From assembly GCF_009914755.1 (NCBI RefSeq), contig NC_060934.1: 64,000 bases of DNA; one strand, written 5' to 3'. Position numbers and translations under genes: made by a program. The stretch's first letter is position 1; each line of letters opens with the position of its first letter. The notes below the pieces were generated by a model. That model was not told where the DNA came from and did no database searches. It worked only from the letters and a program-made list of their open reading frames with translations. Of the stretch, positions 30,570 to 44,439 are shown in pieces. This stretch comes from the human T2T-CHM13v2.0 reference genome, Homo sapiens.

Positions 30570-31714
30570 CTAATAACATAATCTTGTTGACATGGCCTTC
30601 CTAGGACCCCAGTTCTAACACACCCTATTTCATTTATTGCAGCCCGAATTAATCAGCCTCTTAGTAATCATACTAATTGAACTATTTGTTGTGAGTTCAA
30701 TCTGATCTGCTACTTAGGAAAATAAACATCTTGGTTTATCCGTGACATGTGTTCTCAAGAAATGCTTCGCTTAACACCCAGCTGTAAATCTGAGTAAAAA
30801 TGAGAAGAGAAATTTCCATAGACAAATGTTTTGGCTAACTGTCTCCTTTGGCATTTCAACTGAAATCTTTTCTTTAAAAAATATAGCTGCCATTTGAACC
30901 AAGATTTTAGTTTATTCCATTTCCAATTAGCAGCTCAGCTTTGCATTGGCATTTCTACTCAGGCAGCTGCAATAGACTCATCAGGCCAAATCTGCCTTTA
31001 CCAATTGCCCACACCCCAATTTTACTGATATACACAGGGGCCAGGGAGCAAAAGCTGCCCCTAGATAACCGCAATTCCAATTGTTAATGCCTCCATGAGG
31101 TGACAATGATGGCAGTAGAAATCAGTAAAAGTTTTTCAAAGAACACAGGATAACCTGTTTCTGGCTCAAGCCAAAAAGGATCTTTCTTACCTTCTGATGG
31201 TTGTTAAAGGCAATCAAACAATTGCAAACAGAAGGGGACAACAGTCTTTCCCTGCTCCCAGCATCCGGAAATCATGTCTCATAGCAAAGATACTTGGATT
31301 TTATTTCAAGAAAACTTAAAAGCTTCCTTCTAGAATAGGCATCGAATCTGTTGAGCAGGCGTCTTTGAGCTAGCAACTGGGCACTGTGATGGTTCCAGGT
31401 GCTAATCAAAAGCAAAAGCTATCATTTCCACTTCCACAGTGATGCTAGAAATATTTGCGATGACTAGATTTTGAAAAAGAAATGGATAGGCATAAATAAT
31501 AGGCACATGTCTTTAGCCCAAGGCATGGGGCATTATTCTATTACTCATGTGCCCTTTTCTCCTACTTGAGGGATTGAGATTCATTTCAAAGTGTTGAGTT
31601 AGTGATCTCAGAAGAATTCTCTTCTATCCTTGGGGTGGAAGGAGGTTGTTGCACATTTCTCTTTTAGGGTGAGATGCTACATGAATACCTACAGTAGATA
31701 CCCTCAGCCCTCCA

Positions 31715-32160
31715 TAGCACTATCTAATTACTTAACATGAAAAAATTAAAGATCACTGGGTACAGTGGCTTACACCTGTAATCCCAGAACTTTGGGAGGT
31801 CAAGTTGGGAGAAATGCCTGAGGCTAGAAGTTCCAGACCAGTCTGGGCAACACAGTGAGACTCCCATCTGTACAAAAAATTTAGAAGTTACCCAGGTGTA
31901 GTGGTGCATGACTGTGTAGTCCCAGCCGCTTGAGAAGTGGAAGCAGGAGAATCACTTCAGCCCAGACGTTCAAGGGTGCAGTAAGCTATGATGGTGTCAC
32001 TGCACTCCAGCCTGCATGCACAACAGAGCAAGACTCCATCACTAAAAAAGATTTTTTTAATTAAAAATTCAGTTTCTCAGTTGCACTAGCCCCATTTCCA
32101 GCGCTTTGATGGCACATAATAGAACACTTGCATCAGCACCAGCAGTCTTATATGGACAGA
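31715..32160 (-). mobile_element. MER3-like hAT MITE split by an Alu
   Basis: AATTAAAAATTCAGTTTCTCAGTTGCACTAGCCCCATTTCCAG...ATAGAACACTTGCATCA...TATGGACAG. Confidence 0.65.
31754..32049 (+). mobile_element. AluJ-like
   Basis: Diverged dimeric Alu with GCAGTAAGCTATGATGG. Confidence 0.9.
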
Positions 32161-33681
32161 CTTGTTCCACCTACACAAAAGTCTCCTGAAAGCATGGCAC
32201 TGGACAGTTCTGGTGTCGAGTTCAAGATACGTTATAGGAGACCGTGATGCATAATAGACGTTTTAAGTCTGACTGCAAAATCACTAATGCTCAAATGGGA
32301 CAGGTTGCCCCAGTATCAACATGATCACATGCACCATCCTGTTCAAAAGAAGAACCAGAGTGAAAACCTGAATCCTGACCTCAAGAAGCTTTCGACTCAA
32401 GACATCTCTCTCCCTCTTGCTTTTTGTCCATGTACCTCTCTTTATCACCCCCTCTCTTTCTCTGATTATGTTTTCCCTTGCCTGCTCATCAATGAAAGAA
32501 CTGTGCGCTCATTTATGCCCTTGTAAGTAAATGACTCAATATGAGAAGACTTGCTGCTAGGTTTGAAGACAAAAGTTTTAACGCCATAAGCCTGCTCTTG
32601 AATGACTTCTTTGCATATTGTTGTAAAAATATTTCTCTTTCCCTTCTGGGAATTAATGGCATCCACAACGATACAGTGAAATCTTTGGAAATGCAGCAAT
32701 ATCTTGCCAGACGGATGAACTGGTAACTGTCCAAGCTCATCAAAATGCTATTGTGATGTCAAGACAGCAGCAAGACTGTTTCTGGAAAGCCTAATTACAG
32801 TGGCTGGGAGATGAGCTTGAAAGGATAAAATGCTGTCCCTAAGTAAGATAAGCAAGTGGAACTTTACAAATGCATATTCCCATCCTCCTATTCTCCTCTG
32901 TTGCCAACAGGCAGCCAAAAAGCCAGCAGGGTTCTTTCAAAGGCTGTCTTTCCATTAGGACTTCAATGGCATTGGCAAGGAAAGGTGAGACAGAAGGGCA
33001 TGTAAAATGGAGCTGAATGCCACCCTGGTACCAAGTTTATTATGCTAACATACTTGTTGCAATGCTAATGGAACAGAATTCTATTTCTCTTATTTAAAAT
33101 TTTCCAGCACAAATGAGGCGGTGCAGTGGGGCTGTTACATCATGTGGCTTTCTGAAAATGCTGGTGGCTTCTCTCCATTTACACCTCCTCCTCTTGCACA
33201 TGGTGAGAGGACGCTTCTGCTTCTTACAAAGTGGTCCCATTTGCTTGGAAAACATCATGGGATTCAGTCAGGATTTATAACAGCCAGATTTCGTCAGGAC
33301 TCAATAAAGGTAAAGACATCTTGGTCATATTCCAAATATGTTCAAGTCCTCATCTCTCCTTCTCTCACTGTTCCACAGCTACTCCACCAACACCAGGGGG
33401 TGGGAAATAGGCCACTCAACTGAAAAGAAGAATCAGAGTTAAAAGGTTTGGCTTCGGCTATTTTTTTTTCTCTAAGTTAAATTGAGTTCCACTGTGTAGT
33501 AGAAATGGCAGCAAAGGAAGATAAAGCTGGAGAAACTGGAAGAGGAAGAAAAGAGGATCCTTGTGTTTGGGAACTTTGTTATTTATTGGGGATATGGTTA
33601 AAAACAAATGGTAGACATTAAGTGTCTAATACAATGTATAACTTAAAACCAACACATATACCCATGTGCCTCTTGAATCCG

Positions 33682-33942
33682 TTTTTTTGTTTGTTTGTTT
33701 GTTTTTTTGACAGGGACTCACTCTGTCACCCAGCCTGGAGTGCGGTGGAGTATCATAGCTCACTGCAGCCTTGACCTCCTGGGCTCAAGTAATCCTCCTG
33801 CCTCATTAAAAAAAAAAATTATTGTGAAGACAGGGTCTCACCATGTTGTCCAGGCTGGTCTCAAACTCCTGGCCTCAAGTGATCCTCCTGCCTCAACTCC
33901 CCAAAGTGCTGGGGTTATGGGCATAAGCCACCACCCCCTGTC
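33682..33942 (-). mobile_element. AluJ-like with an internal deletion
   Basis: (TTTG)n tail, ATCATAGCTCACTGCAGCCTTGACCTCCTGGGCTCAAG; about 50 nt missing after 33805. Confidence 0.88.
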
Positions 33943-33974
33943 CACTACTCTTAATTACTACCCATCCTAAATTC

Positions 33975-34610
33975 AGCTAGCATCTTCTCATGACTGAATT
34001 CTATTGTCTTCTCCCAACTACTCAACTTAGAGTCACTCTTGTTTTGCAGAGGAGAGAACTAATTTAACTTCTGCTTAAATCTCTTCAATAGTCTATCATG
34101 TTTCTAAGATAAAGACAATCTTCCTTAGCACAGTTTACAGATCCTATAAATTCTGTCCCCTCCCTATGTCTCTGGGAAGCTTCAGCTCACCCACGGGCTC
34201 CCTCAGTCCTGGCCATCTGTCAGTGTCTCTCAAGCATCAGACTCCATCCAGCTCAGGATATGTGTACATGCTTGTCTCCTCTGCCTGCATCCCTCTTTCT
34301 TCCTCCTCCACCTGTTTAATGCCAATTTCAACCTTTCTATCTTAGCTTAACAGGTACTTCATCAGAAAGCCTTTCCTAACCTAACTGGGCAAAAAGCCTC
34401 TATTATATTCTATGTGCTCTTCCTATCCTTACCTCAACTTTGTAATTGTTCTCAAGATTTCATTTTCACATTCATCTTATGAATATTGGATTACTCCTTT
34501 TTTTTCTTCAGTAGCTGTATGGGGTCAGAGGACATGTCTTTCTTGATTATCACTGCATCCATAGGGTCCACCTAGCACCTAATACCAGTAGCATCTCAAA
34601 AAGATTTTAG
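33975..34610 (+). mobile_element. L2 3' region
   Basis: CTTCTGCTTAAATCTCTTCAATAG...TCTCCTCTGCCTG...TCAGAAAGCCTTTCCTAACC...CACTGCATCC...CCTAGCAC ending at the purine tract. Confidence 0.7.
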
Positions 34611-34615
34611 GCAGT

Positions 34616-35140
34616 AAGAAAGAAAAGAAAGAATGAAGAGAGGAAGGGAGGGAGAAGGTAGAAGGGAAGGGAGGGAGAAGGTAGGAAGGTAGGAAGGAAG
34701 GGAGGGAGAGAGGGAGGGGGAAGGGAGAGAGAGAGAGGGGGAAGGGAGAGAGAGAGAGGGGGAAGGGAGGAAAGGAAGGGGGAAGGGAAGGAGGAAAGGA
34801 AGGAAGGAATGGAGGGAAGGAAGGAAGAAAGAAATGGAGGGAGGGAGGGAAGGAAGAAGGGAAGGAAGGAAGAAAGAAATGGAGGGAGGGAAGGAAGAAA
34901 GGAAGAGGGAGGGAGAAAAGGAAGGAAGGAATGGAGGGAGGGAAGGAGGGAGGGAGAGAAGGAGCAAAGGAAGGAAAGAATAGAGGGAGAGAAGGAAAAA
35001 AGGAATGGAGGGTGGGAAGGAGGAAAGGAAGGAAGAAGGGAGGGAAGGAGGGAGGGAAGGAGAAAAGGAAGGAATGAATGGAGCTAGGAAAGGAAGGAAG
35101 GAATGGAGGGAGGGAGGGAGGCAGGGAGGGAGATGGAGGA
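34616..35140 (+). repeat. About 525-bp polypurine (GGAA/GGGA/GA) low-complexity tract
   Basis: Almost exclusively G and A on the + strand, with internal duplications. Confidence 0.97.
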
Positions 35141-36766
35141 TAAGCGAAGGAATTTACCCAGACATAACAAAATGTATTTCCTGCAGTCATAGGACCCAGC
35201 ACAAGCAACAGCTTCTTAATAAATAATTATGGCTTTATTTGCAGATTACAGAAAGCATGTAGCAAAGATCCAGTGACAGAAGAAAATGGTTAGTTTAAAA
35301 AAAAATGTTTCCCAGGCACACCAAAGAGCACATGAAGAAAGAGAGAAAGGTACATGTGAAGTGCATTAGCAATGGCCTAGGTGACCGTGGCTTCCTTGAT
35401 TTGATGGATTTTGGTTGAGATGAACCAGACTCAGTGTGTTCTAAGACACATGGCCAAAGGCAATTGTTACATCTTTCCTTTGAGGAAACAGACATTCCTG
35501 AGTTTGCTTTCATCAGACCTCAGAGGCAAAAGGATAGACCAAACGGCATCTGCCCAAGACTTCTGGTCCCCAATTAAATTATTCAAATGGTACCAGTGAG
35601 CTTACTGAAGGATCAGGAGGAGAGTGTTAAAAATTTATGCCTTCCAAAAATTAAACAAACCGAGGAAATTTTAACTTGCCAAGTAACCTAAGCAGCATAT
35701 GAAAGAGCTTAACACTTTGTCCGGTACATTATTATGTAGTAGTTACTCAATCAATGATCAAACCACTGCATGTTATAAATAATATTTTGTTTGGTGTTTG
35801 CTGAACTAAAATGATAGCAGCCCCCAGAACATTGATGGAAGTTTTGCCCCATCTCCATCCAAAACATAGTTTCTATTGTGTGAGGCTTGACCTGTTCTGG
35901 GGGATGCATGCCACTGTTTATAGTTTCTTAGCAGTTTTAGTGACACTGGGCTCTGAGTGAGATGTATGTTAGCTTGCTTTACCTAAATACTGTACTGCAT
36001 GTTACATTTCTGCATTGTCAAGTTCTAAATTGCACGCACCTTGCAAAGATGAATAAAGTTTTAACTCATCATACTAAATCCATTATTAATCTTCCTATTA
36101 CGGTCCATGGCTAAGGCAAAAAACTGAATATATAAAAATTTATTTAAAAAAATTAGCATCTATATGTTCCATTTAAATTCCAGCATTCAAATGAAGCATG
36201 AACTTGAATTAAATTGATTTTATAAGTAAACATGTCTAAGTTAAGAAGGATTCTAATTTATTATATTCTTGAATGCTATTTGGCAATTTTATAAAAAACA
36301 TATAAAAAAATGAAGAGATGTTCCAATTTGTTTCATCATTCTTAAATGGTTAATTATAGTATAAATACCATGATCTTGTATACAGAAATAGAAAAAAAAA
36401 TCCTTGGAGACATATTTAATCATTTGGATTTGGTAGTGCAATGTTTATTCATTCATTTTTAGTCCATTACAGTGTAAATTAGATTTGATTTGCTTGCTCT
36501 GATTGGCTTAATTGCCCCAGTTACAGCTGAAGTACAAATAAAATTGTAATAAATTGAACAGATGTTTAACCTACTCTACCAAGATCTTTAATAGTCAATT
36601 CCAATTGCAATTTACATTCAGCAATTTAACAAGACCCTTAGGAAACGTATTTGATTATTAAAACAAGCTGTTTGTTTCTGTGTGTGATGGAAACAAGACC
36701 ATCGTGTCACGTGCTTTGACCTGGTGCAATTTTTGTGCATATTTAATTTTGTTTTATCTCGTTAGG

Positions 36767-36770
36767 AAAA

Positions 36771-36802
<32 letters not shown>
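36767..36802. repeat. (A)n(TA)n microsatellite
   Basis: Read directly from sequence. Confidence 0.9.
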
Positions 36803-36809
<7 letters not shown>

Positions 36810-37399
36810 CTATAGAAATGAGTCTGCCGGCTTAAAAAAAATAGGCATCATATTTAAATTAATGCTAGAAGGGAAATTTTACAAGATTATAAAATATTTT
36901 ATAAAGAAAGAAACAAATCCTATTGCCTTTCCTACAAGCATCTTCACTAATAGCCTCCGTGATAGCCAACGGGAAAGACTCATCTTAACAAACGCATCAA
37001 TTAGAAAATAAACAAAAAATTCCACTATTCAGATTCTGCATGTCATTCACCCACTGCCCAGGTAGAAAGAAAAATATTCTTACAAAAAGTGCTTGGCATT
37101 GCACTAATGTCATCTACAACGTTTTCACTTCAATTTAATGTGGCTGCTAAGATACTGCATAACTTGTGTGTGATCCGCTCTTAGTAATCCTTGGCAGAAA
37201 CTCGCACGTTGTAGCTCTTGTATTTCCTTGGAAAGAAATTTAGGATACATTCTATGTCTAGTTCTATAAACGTATAATATAAAATTCCAAAGAGATTCCT
37301 AATTATTGTACTCTGAGGCCATGTTTATGTAACAGGAAAGTTTACTAAAAAATTAAACTTGCAGTATGGATATAGAATCACTGAACTGAAAACTGAATG

Positions 37400-37755
37400 C
37401 CCACTGAGAATCAGCTCATCCTGGAGCCAAAACTCAAATGTCTACAGAAATCAGGGAAACAGCCTAAATGAGGGAAGATTCTAGGTGGGGACAACGGTGA
37501 ACAGGAAAGCGCCATCTCCTGTAAGGGATCCATCCTACTTAGTTGCAGCCAATTGTTGCCAAGATAGAATGAAGGTGAGGGATGACAGAGATTCTGATTT
37601 TTCATGAAAATCCAGGAATCCAGATTTCTGTGAAAACTTTTTTGATTAAAAAAAATGCAACTACTTAAAAACTTTTAGAATATTTTGAATGTTAAAAAGC
37701 AACAATAAAAATCTGTGAACCAAGCATATCCCCAGTGCATGGGTTGCTATTTGGT
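37400..37755. mobile_element. MER102-like hAT DNA transposon remnant
   Basis: TTTTTCATGAAAATCCAGGAATCCAGATTTCTGTGAAA resembles MER102; strongly diverged. Confidence 0.45.
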
Positions 37756-37879
37756 CACTTATCTGTCCAATCCCAATATTGCACAGCTGATGACTGTGAG
37801 GCCTAAAATAGTTCAAGTAATCATTATACCTTAGCGATAAAACCAGAAACTAGAACCCCTGCCCCTAGGTAGTTAAAAC

Positions 37880-38090
37880 CACCCACTTGGGTTCAGATCT
37901 CAATTATGATGCAACATAGCTACACAACCTTTAGCATATTACTTAATCTCTCTGACCCATTTGTAAAACAGAGATAGTAATATCACCTATAGCATAAGTT
38001 TCTTGAGGAGATAGTGTAAGATATGAGATAATGTCTAAGGAGCACCTAGAATGCCTGGTGCCTAACAAGCATTCAATACATCGAAATTAC
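37880..38090 (+). mobile_element. MIR
   Basis: TGGGTTCAGATCTC...TTACTTAATCTCTCTGA...TGTAAAACAGAGATAGTAATATCACCTA...AATGCCTGG. Confidence 0.75.
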
Positions 38091-38211
38091 AATCATTGCC
38101 ATCAGCATTATCATACTAGATCTTTCTGAGAAAAAAAAAAAGCAAGAAATAATCTTGATGATAAAGCCCAATCTCTTGAAAAGGACATTTCATTTAAAAC
38201 CTACTGTTTTG

Positions 38212-39096
38212 TGTGGCAATCCCTCAAAGTGCAAAAAACAGAATGACCATTTGACCCAGCCCAATCCCATTACTGGGTATATAAACAAAGGAATATAAAT
38301 GATTCTATCATAAAGACACATGCACGCATATTTTTAATACAGCACTATTCACAATAGCAAAGACATGCAATCAACCTAAAAGTCCATCAGTGACAGACTG
38401 GATAAAGACAATGTGGTAGATACACACCATGGAACACTATGCAGTCATAAAAAAGAATGAGATCTGGCTGGGCGCTGTGGCTCACGCCTATAATCCCGGC
38501 ATTTTGGGAGGCCAAGGTGGGCGGATCACGAGGTCAGGAGTTCAAGACCAGCCTGGCCAACATGGTGAAACCCCGTCTCTACTAAAAATACAAAAATTAG
38601 CCGGGCATGGTGGTAGGTGCCTGTAATCTCAGCTACTCAAGAGGCTGAGGCAGGAGAATTGCTTGAATCCAGGAGGCGAAGGTTGCAGTGAGCCGAGATC
38701 CTGCCACTGTACTCTAGCCTAGGTGACAGAGCAAGACTCCAACTCGAAAAAAAAGAATGAGATCATGTCTTTTGCGGAAACATGGATGGAGCTGGAAGCC
38801 ATTCCCTAGCAAAGTGACACAGGAACAGAAAACCAAATAGTATATGCTCTCACTTACAAGTGGGAGCTAAATGATGAGGACTCATGGACACAAAGAGGGG
38901 AATAACAGACAGTGGGGACTGTTTGAGGGTGGAGGGTGAGAGAAGGAAGAGAATCAGAAAAAGTAACTATTGGGTGCTAGTCTTAGTGCCTAGGTGACAA
39001 AATAATCTGTAAAACAAGCCCCGGTGACATAAGTTTACCTATATGACATACCTGCACATATATCCCTGAATCTAAAATAAAAGTTTAAAAAATAAC
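38212..39096 (+). mobile_element. 5'-truncated L1PA (PA13-15-like) 3' end
   Basis: GACCCAGCCCAATCCCATTACTGGGTATATA...AATAATCTGTAAAACAAGCCCCGGTGAC; 16-bp TSD AAAA(C/T)CTACTG(T/C)TTTG at 38196-38211 and 39097-39112. Confidence 0.92.
38466..38750 (+). mobile_element. AluSg-like
   Basis: CGGATCACGAGGTCAGGAGTTCAAG; TSD AAAAAGAATGAGATC on both sides. Confidence 0.96.
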
Positions 39097-41108
39097 AAAA
39101 TCTACTGCTTTGATTGTCCTTAAGATTCTTCCAAAAAATAATAAAAATAAAATCTATGTTCATTTTTATTGTAAGCGTTAGAGTGAGAAGAGAAAGAGGA
39201 ATGATATGAAGGGAGAGAGAGGAGTAAGGGTGAGGCTAAGGGGATGTTCCTAGGAAGCACTGTGTGCCTTATGAATCCCATTTTCAGTAAATTCTGGAGC
39301 CTTGACCAAACACTATTTCCCCTCCCCGAATCCTCAACACCTGTTACATGGATGACAACAAGGAACTACTATTCTGGGGAAAAGAGGTTCATTTTTCTTA
39401 GTAGATGTTTGCATTCACGGTAGACAACATTACAGGATACAGCAAAAAGCAAAAACTAAAACTGAAATAAAACGAAAAATTTTCAGCCAACTGTGCATTT
39501 GGAAACAGTTTCATTCCATGGTGTCCTTTTGTTCTGAGTCCGGCCAAAAAAAAAAAAAAAAGAAAAAACTAAATGTTTATATATGGAATATCAAGTGGGT
39601 TTTTTTTTGTTGTTGTTATTTTTAAACGATCAAAAAAAAAGGGAATTTGATTAGTTGTGAACAAAACCTGCAAAAAGAGAAAACCATAGACGATATCAGG
39701 ATATCATACAGCAAAATTCTTTTTACTGAGAGTAACTGTTAGGCATTCAACTCAACACAAATTACGGTATACCATAGGCAAAGTGGACTGAAATTATCTA
39801 CAAAGTTTAAAACTATGGAGATTTTTAAAAGAACTTTGTGTTTTCTCATTTAAAAAATGAATTCTTTCTAAAAATTACAGTGCTTTTGCCAATAACAACA
39901 TGTTTTTTTAAAGAAACTGTTTTCTATGACTTTGCAAGTAATTCCTTTTATTTGGTTTCATTGCATAATAAAACGAACCAATAGCATCATGTAAAATTGA
40001 CACTTCAGATTAGGGTTTTTAGCATTATGCATGATGGGTAACTTCAAAAGAAGCCTCTGTTGACTTGCATTAACAAGGAAGCATATGTTCTTCTGGTAAC
40101 CCATAAGGAATACTCTAAATATAAAGCAATAGAAGAGTTAAATCACATCCTGAGAAAATAAACTAAAAATTCATGAGTTTTTTTTTCCTAGCCCCCACAT
40201 AAAAATTCCTTTAGGTAAAGCTTGAATTATGATGAATACCACTGCTATTTTATGATATCAAGGGATGAAATCCTGATGAAGTAATTGAGTTGGTCTCTTT
40301 TTGGAAAAATGTGTTGAACGCCCCATCATACCTAAAATTCCATATCAGTGTAAATACAGCCAGGAACCACCTAATTTTGCTTGGTATTTTAGGCAACCAG
40401 ATCCAGGGAATGTGAGTATTTGTCTGTCAATAGGGAGAACCTACAAGGCAGTCTCTTGTATTCAGGGCAAAACATTCCGGCTGATCTCATGTTCTTCCCC
40501 TCAATGCCGCCATATTGGCTAAAGAACCCATGGCAAACAGACTCTCTGTTCTTCTCAGGGCTCCCTTAACCATATGTATCTGAAAACCATTAATTAGTCC
40601 TTTGAAAGGGTTTTTCTACCTTTTTGTCCCCAAAGGAGCTCTCATTCGATCTATGTTCATTTCTTTCCTTTTGATACTTTGATTTTCTACTTCAACTTCT
40701 GGAAATGTGAGAACTCAAGACTGACAGAATTTTCCATCCATGGCTAAAGGACCCATTTGAGGATTCCCAGACATACCCCAGTGTGACACTGAGCTCTTGC
40801 CCCGGACCTTCCAGAGACCTCTCTGGATTGTCACATGAAGTTGGAAGCTATGGAGTCTCCTTAGACAAAGCTTTTAAGCCTAGAGTTCAAATGAAAGGCC
40901 CATGAGGGATAATTGCGAAGGACACTGTCTGAACTGCTTGGAGGAAAGGTTACCTATGTATCAAAAAAGCATCCTAAAATGTTGAGTTCCTCACAAATTA
41001 AGGCACTGCTTGCAAACTCCTCCAAGCTTAGGTGAGTGTACAACAAACTTGAAGTCACTACTGGCCTGCGAGAATTCCCGAAGCATCTTAAAAATGGAAA
41101 TCTGCAGA

Positions 41109-41344
41109 TGGGGCACAGCAGCTCGTACCAATAATACCCAAGCTTTGGGAGGACTGCTTGAGGCTAGGAGTTCAAGACCAGCCTGGGCAATATAGTGAGA
41201 CCCCCCATATCTATAAAATTTTATTTTACTCATTCCTGTATTCCCCTAGCACTTAGGGAGGCAGACACAGCCCAGGAATTCAAGACCAGCCTGGCCAGCA
41301 GAGCAAGACCTCATTCTCTACAAAAAGTAAATTTTAAAAACATT
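41109..41344 (+). mobile_element. Tandem pair of Alu left-arm (FLAM-like) monomers in one TSD
   Basis: Both units contain TTCAAGACCAGCCTGG...AGACC; TSD AATGGAAATCTGCAGA at 41093-41108 and 41345-41360. Confidence 0.8.
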
Positions 41345-41536
41345 AATGGAAATCTGCAGAGATTAGCATGTATATGTGTGGGTAAGAGTGTGTGAGCACA
41401 TACACAACAGAGTAGGAAGGGTGTCTGGGTCTACCACTTATTCCTTCATTAATGTTGCTACGTATCATGTTAGCATAGAGATAACGCTGAATCTGCCACA
41501 TGGAGAGAGAATAGGCTTTGAAATGAAGGAGAATGT

Positions 41537-42320
41537 TGCATTAGTTTTCTCCTGTAGCTTTAACACATTACCACAGACTTAGTGGCTTAAAACAGCACAA
41601 ACCTATCACCTTATAATTCTATAGCCAGGTATCTCACTAGACTAATCAAGGTGTCAGCAGGGCTATGTTCCTCCTGGAGCGTTTCAAGGATAATTCATTC
41701 ACTTCCTTCGGTTTTTCAGTGTCTACAGGCTGCCTACATTCCTTGTCTTGTGGCCTCTTCCACCACCTTCAAAGCCAACAGCATGGCATCTTTTCAATTT
41801 TATTTAATTTTATTGTATTTTTTGAGACTCAGTCTCAATCTGTTGCCCAGTCTGGAGTGCAGTGGCACAATCTGCTGAGTGTAACCTCCGCCTCGTGAGT
41901 TCAAGTGATCGTCCTGCCTCAGCCTCCTGAGTAGCTGGGATTACAGGTGCCCTCCACTACTCTTAGCTAATTTTTATATTTTTAGTAAAGATGAGGTCTC
42001 ACCATGTTGGCCAGGCTGGTCTTAAACTCCTGACCTCAAGTGATCCACCTGCCTCAGCCTCCCAAAGTGCTAGGATTATAGGCATGAGCCACAGTGCTCG
42101 GTCAGTGTGGCATCTTTAAATCTCTATTCCTGACTCTGACACTCTAGAAATCCTCATGATCACATTGGATCCACCCAAATAAACCAGGATCCTCCTCCCA
42201 TTTCAAGGTAGCTAATGTAATGGCACCTACAAAGTCTCTTTTGCCATTAAGGTGAGATATTTGCAGATGTGGGAGATTAGGATAAGGACAACTTTGGGGG
42301 TTGAATATTCTGCCTACCAA
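41537..42320 (-). mobile_element. MLT1D-like MaLR LTR split by an Alu
   Basis: ATTACCACAGACTTAGTGGCTTAAAACAGCAC...TCAAGGTGTCAGCAGGGCT...TATTCTGCCTACCA. Confidence 0.85.
41795..42103 (-). mobile_element. AluS (AluSz/Sx-like)
   Basis: Antisense Alu; TSD AG(CA/TG)TGGCATCTTT at 41780-41793 and 42104-42117. Confidence 0.93.
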
Positions 42321-42715
42321 CTCTGCAACACAATCAACTCTGCAAGCCAGAAGCCTTCTTTCTGGTGCATATCCCTGACTAGTGAAAGCAATTATGGCTC
42401 TGAAGCCATTCAGTAGAGAGAAGAGAATGGAATGGCTTTAAATCAAAGATCAGTTCACTTTAGGCTGAATTAGGAGTTAGAATCCAGACTAAACTTTTTC
42501 AGGAGAGAAAGTAAAATACCCCAAGTCTTACTCAACCCTGAGATGACTGGGTTGTTGTGTCCACAGAGGGCCCATCTGTCAATGACCTTACCAAAGCGAA
42601 AGGTAGCTTCTCAACACAGATCTCCTATGTACACAGGACCTTCAGTATTGACAATAAGGTAAATTATTATGTACAGAATCTTTAGAATTAGGATTGGGCT
42701 ATATGAAAACCAGTC

Positions 42716-43222
42716 TTTTAAAATGTCAACATTTATTTTAGACTCTTGGGTAACATATGCAGGTTTGTTACAGGTGTATATTGCATGATGCTAAGGTTTG
42801 GAGTATGATTGATCCTATCAGCTAGGTACTGAGCATAGTACCCAATCGTTTTTCAACCCTTGTCCCTGCCCTCCACCTCCTTCTATTAGTCCCCGGCATC
42901 TATTACTGCCATCTTTATGTCCATGAGTACCCAATGTTTAGCTTCCACTTATAAGTCAGAACATGGGGTATTTGGTTTTCTGTTCCAGCGTTAATTCACT
43001 TAGGATAATGGCCTCCAGCTGCGTCCACGTTGCTGCAAGGGACATGATTTTGTTCTTTTTTATGACTGCATAGTATTCCATGGTGTATATGTACCACATT
43101 TTCTTTATCCAGTTCACCATTGATGGGCACCTAGGTGTCTTTGCTATTGTGAATAATACAGTGATTGACATAGAGATGCTTGTATCTTTTTGGTTGAATG
43201 ATTTATTTTGCTTTGGGTATTT
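42716..43222 (-). mobile_element. L1PA16/L1PREC2-like 3' end
   Basis: ATATGCAGGTTTGTTAC...CATAGTACCCAAT...TGCATAGTATTCCATGGTGTATATGTACCACATTTTC; minus ORF 42956-43243 gives the ORF2 C-terminus KKMWYIYTMEYY. Confidence 0.9.
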
Positions 43223-44036
<814 letters not shown>

Positions 44037-44439
44037 TTATTTAAAAGCATCTCTTTTACAGAAGTTGTAGTTCACGGAAATAGTTAGGTATTCTTTGCTA
44101 ACACCAACAAAACAGCCAGGATGTTTGTTATAAATAGGCAATAAATGGTTTGGAAGTGTTGAGTGACTGCTTGTATCTTAAACATAGTGAAGCTAAGGCA
44201 AGAAACAGATTCAGTCAGGTTAAGGGCTGTGACTAGGCCACATGAACTAAACACAATGGACCACTGCCTTTGCATAAGGATATTTTTACCTGACCATCAT
44301 AGCAGATTGCTCTTAGTAAAATCAGGCTTATAGTAAATTTTGTGGAAAGATTAAAACAAATACAAAATCTAAATTCAAATATATAATGAATAATGCAAAT
44401 TCAAGGGATATTCTACTCTAAGAATTCATTGAAATAATG

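Noticed and set aside
33806-33820. A-run in the middle of an antisense Alu, suggesting an inversion
   Set aside because: Better explained as a simple deletion next to the variable AT-rich linker of an AluJ
34579-35226. 209-aa Pro/Ser/Phe/Leu-rich ORF and overlapping Gly/Arg/Glu-rich ORFs
   Set aside because: Artefacts of the polypurine/polypyrimidine tract, which lacks stop codons
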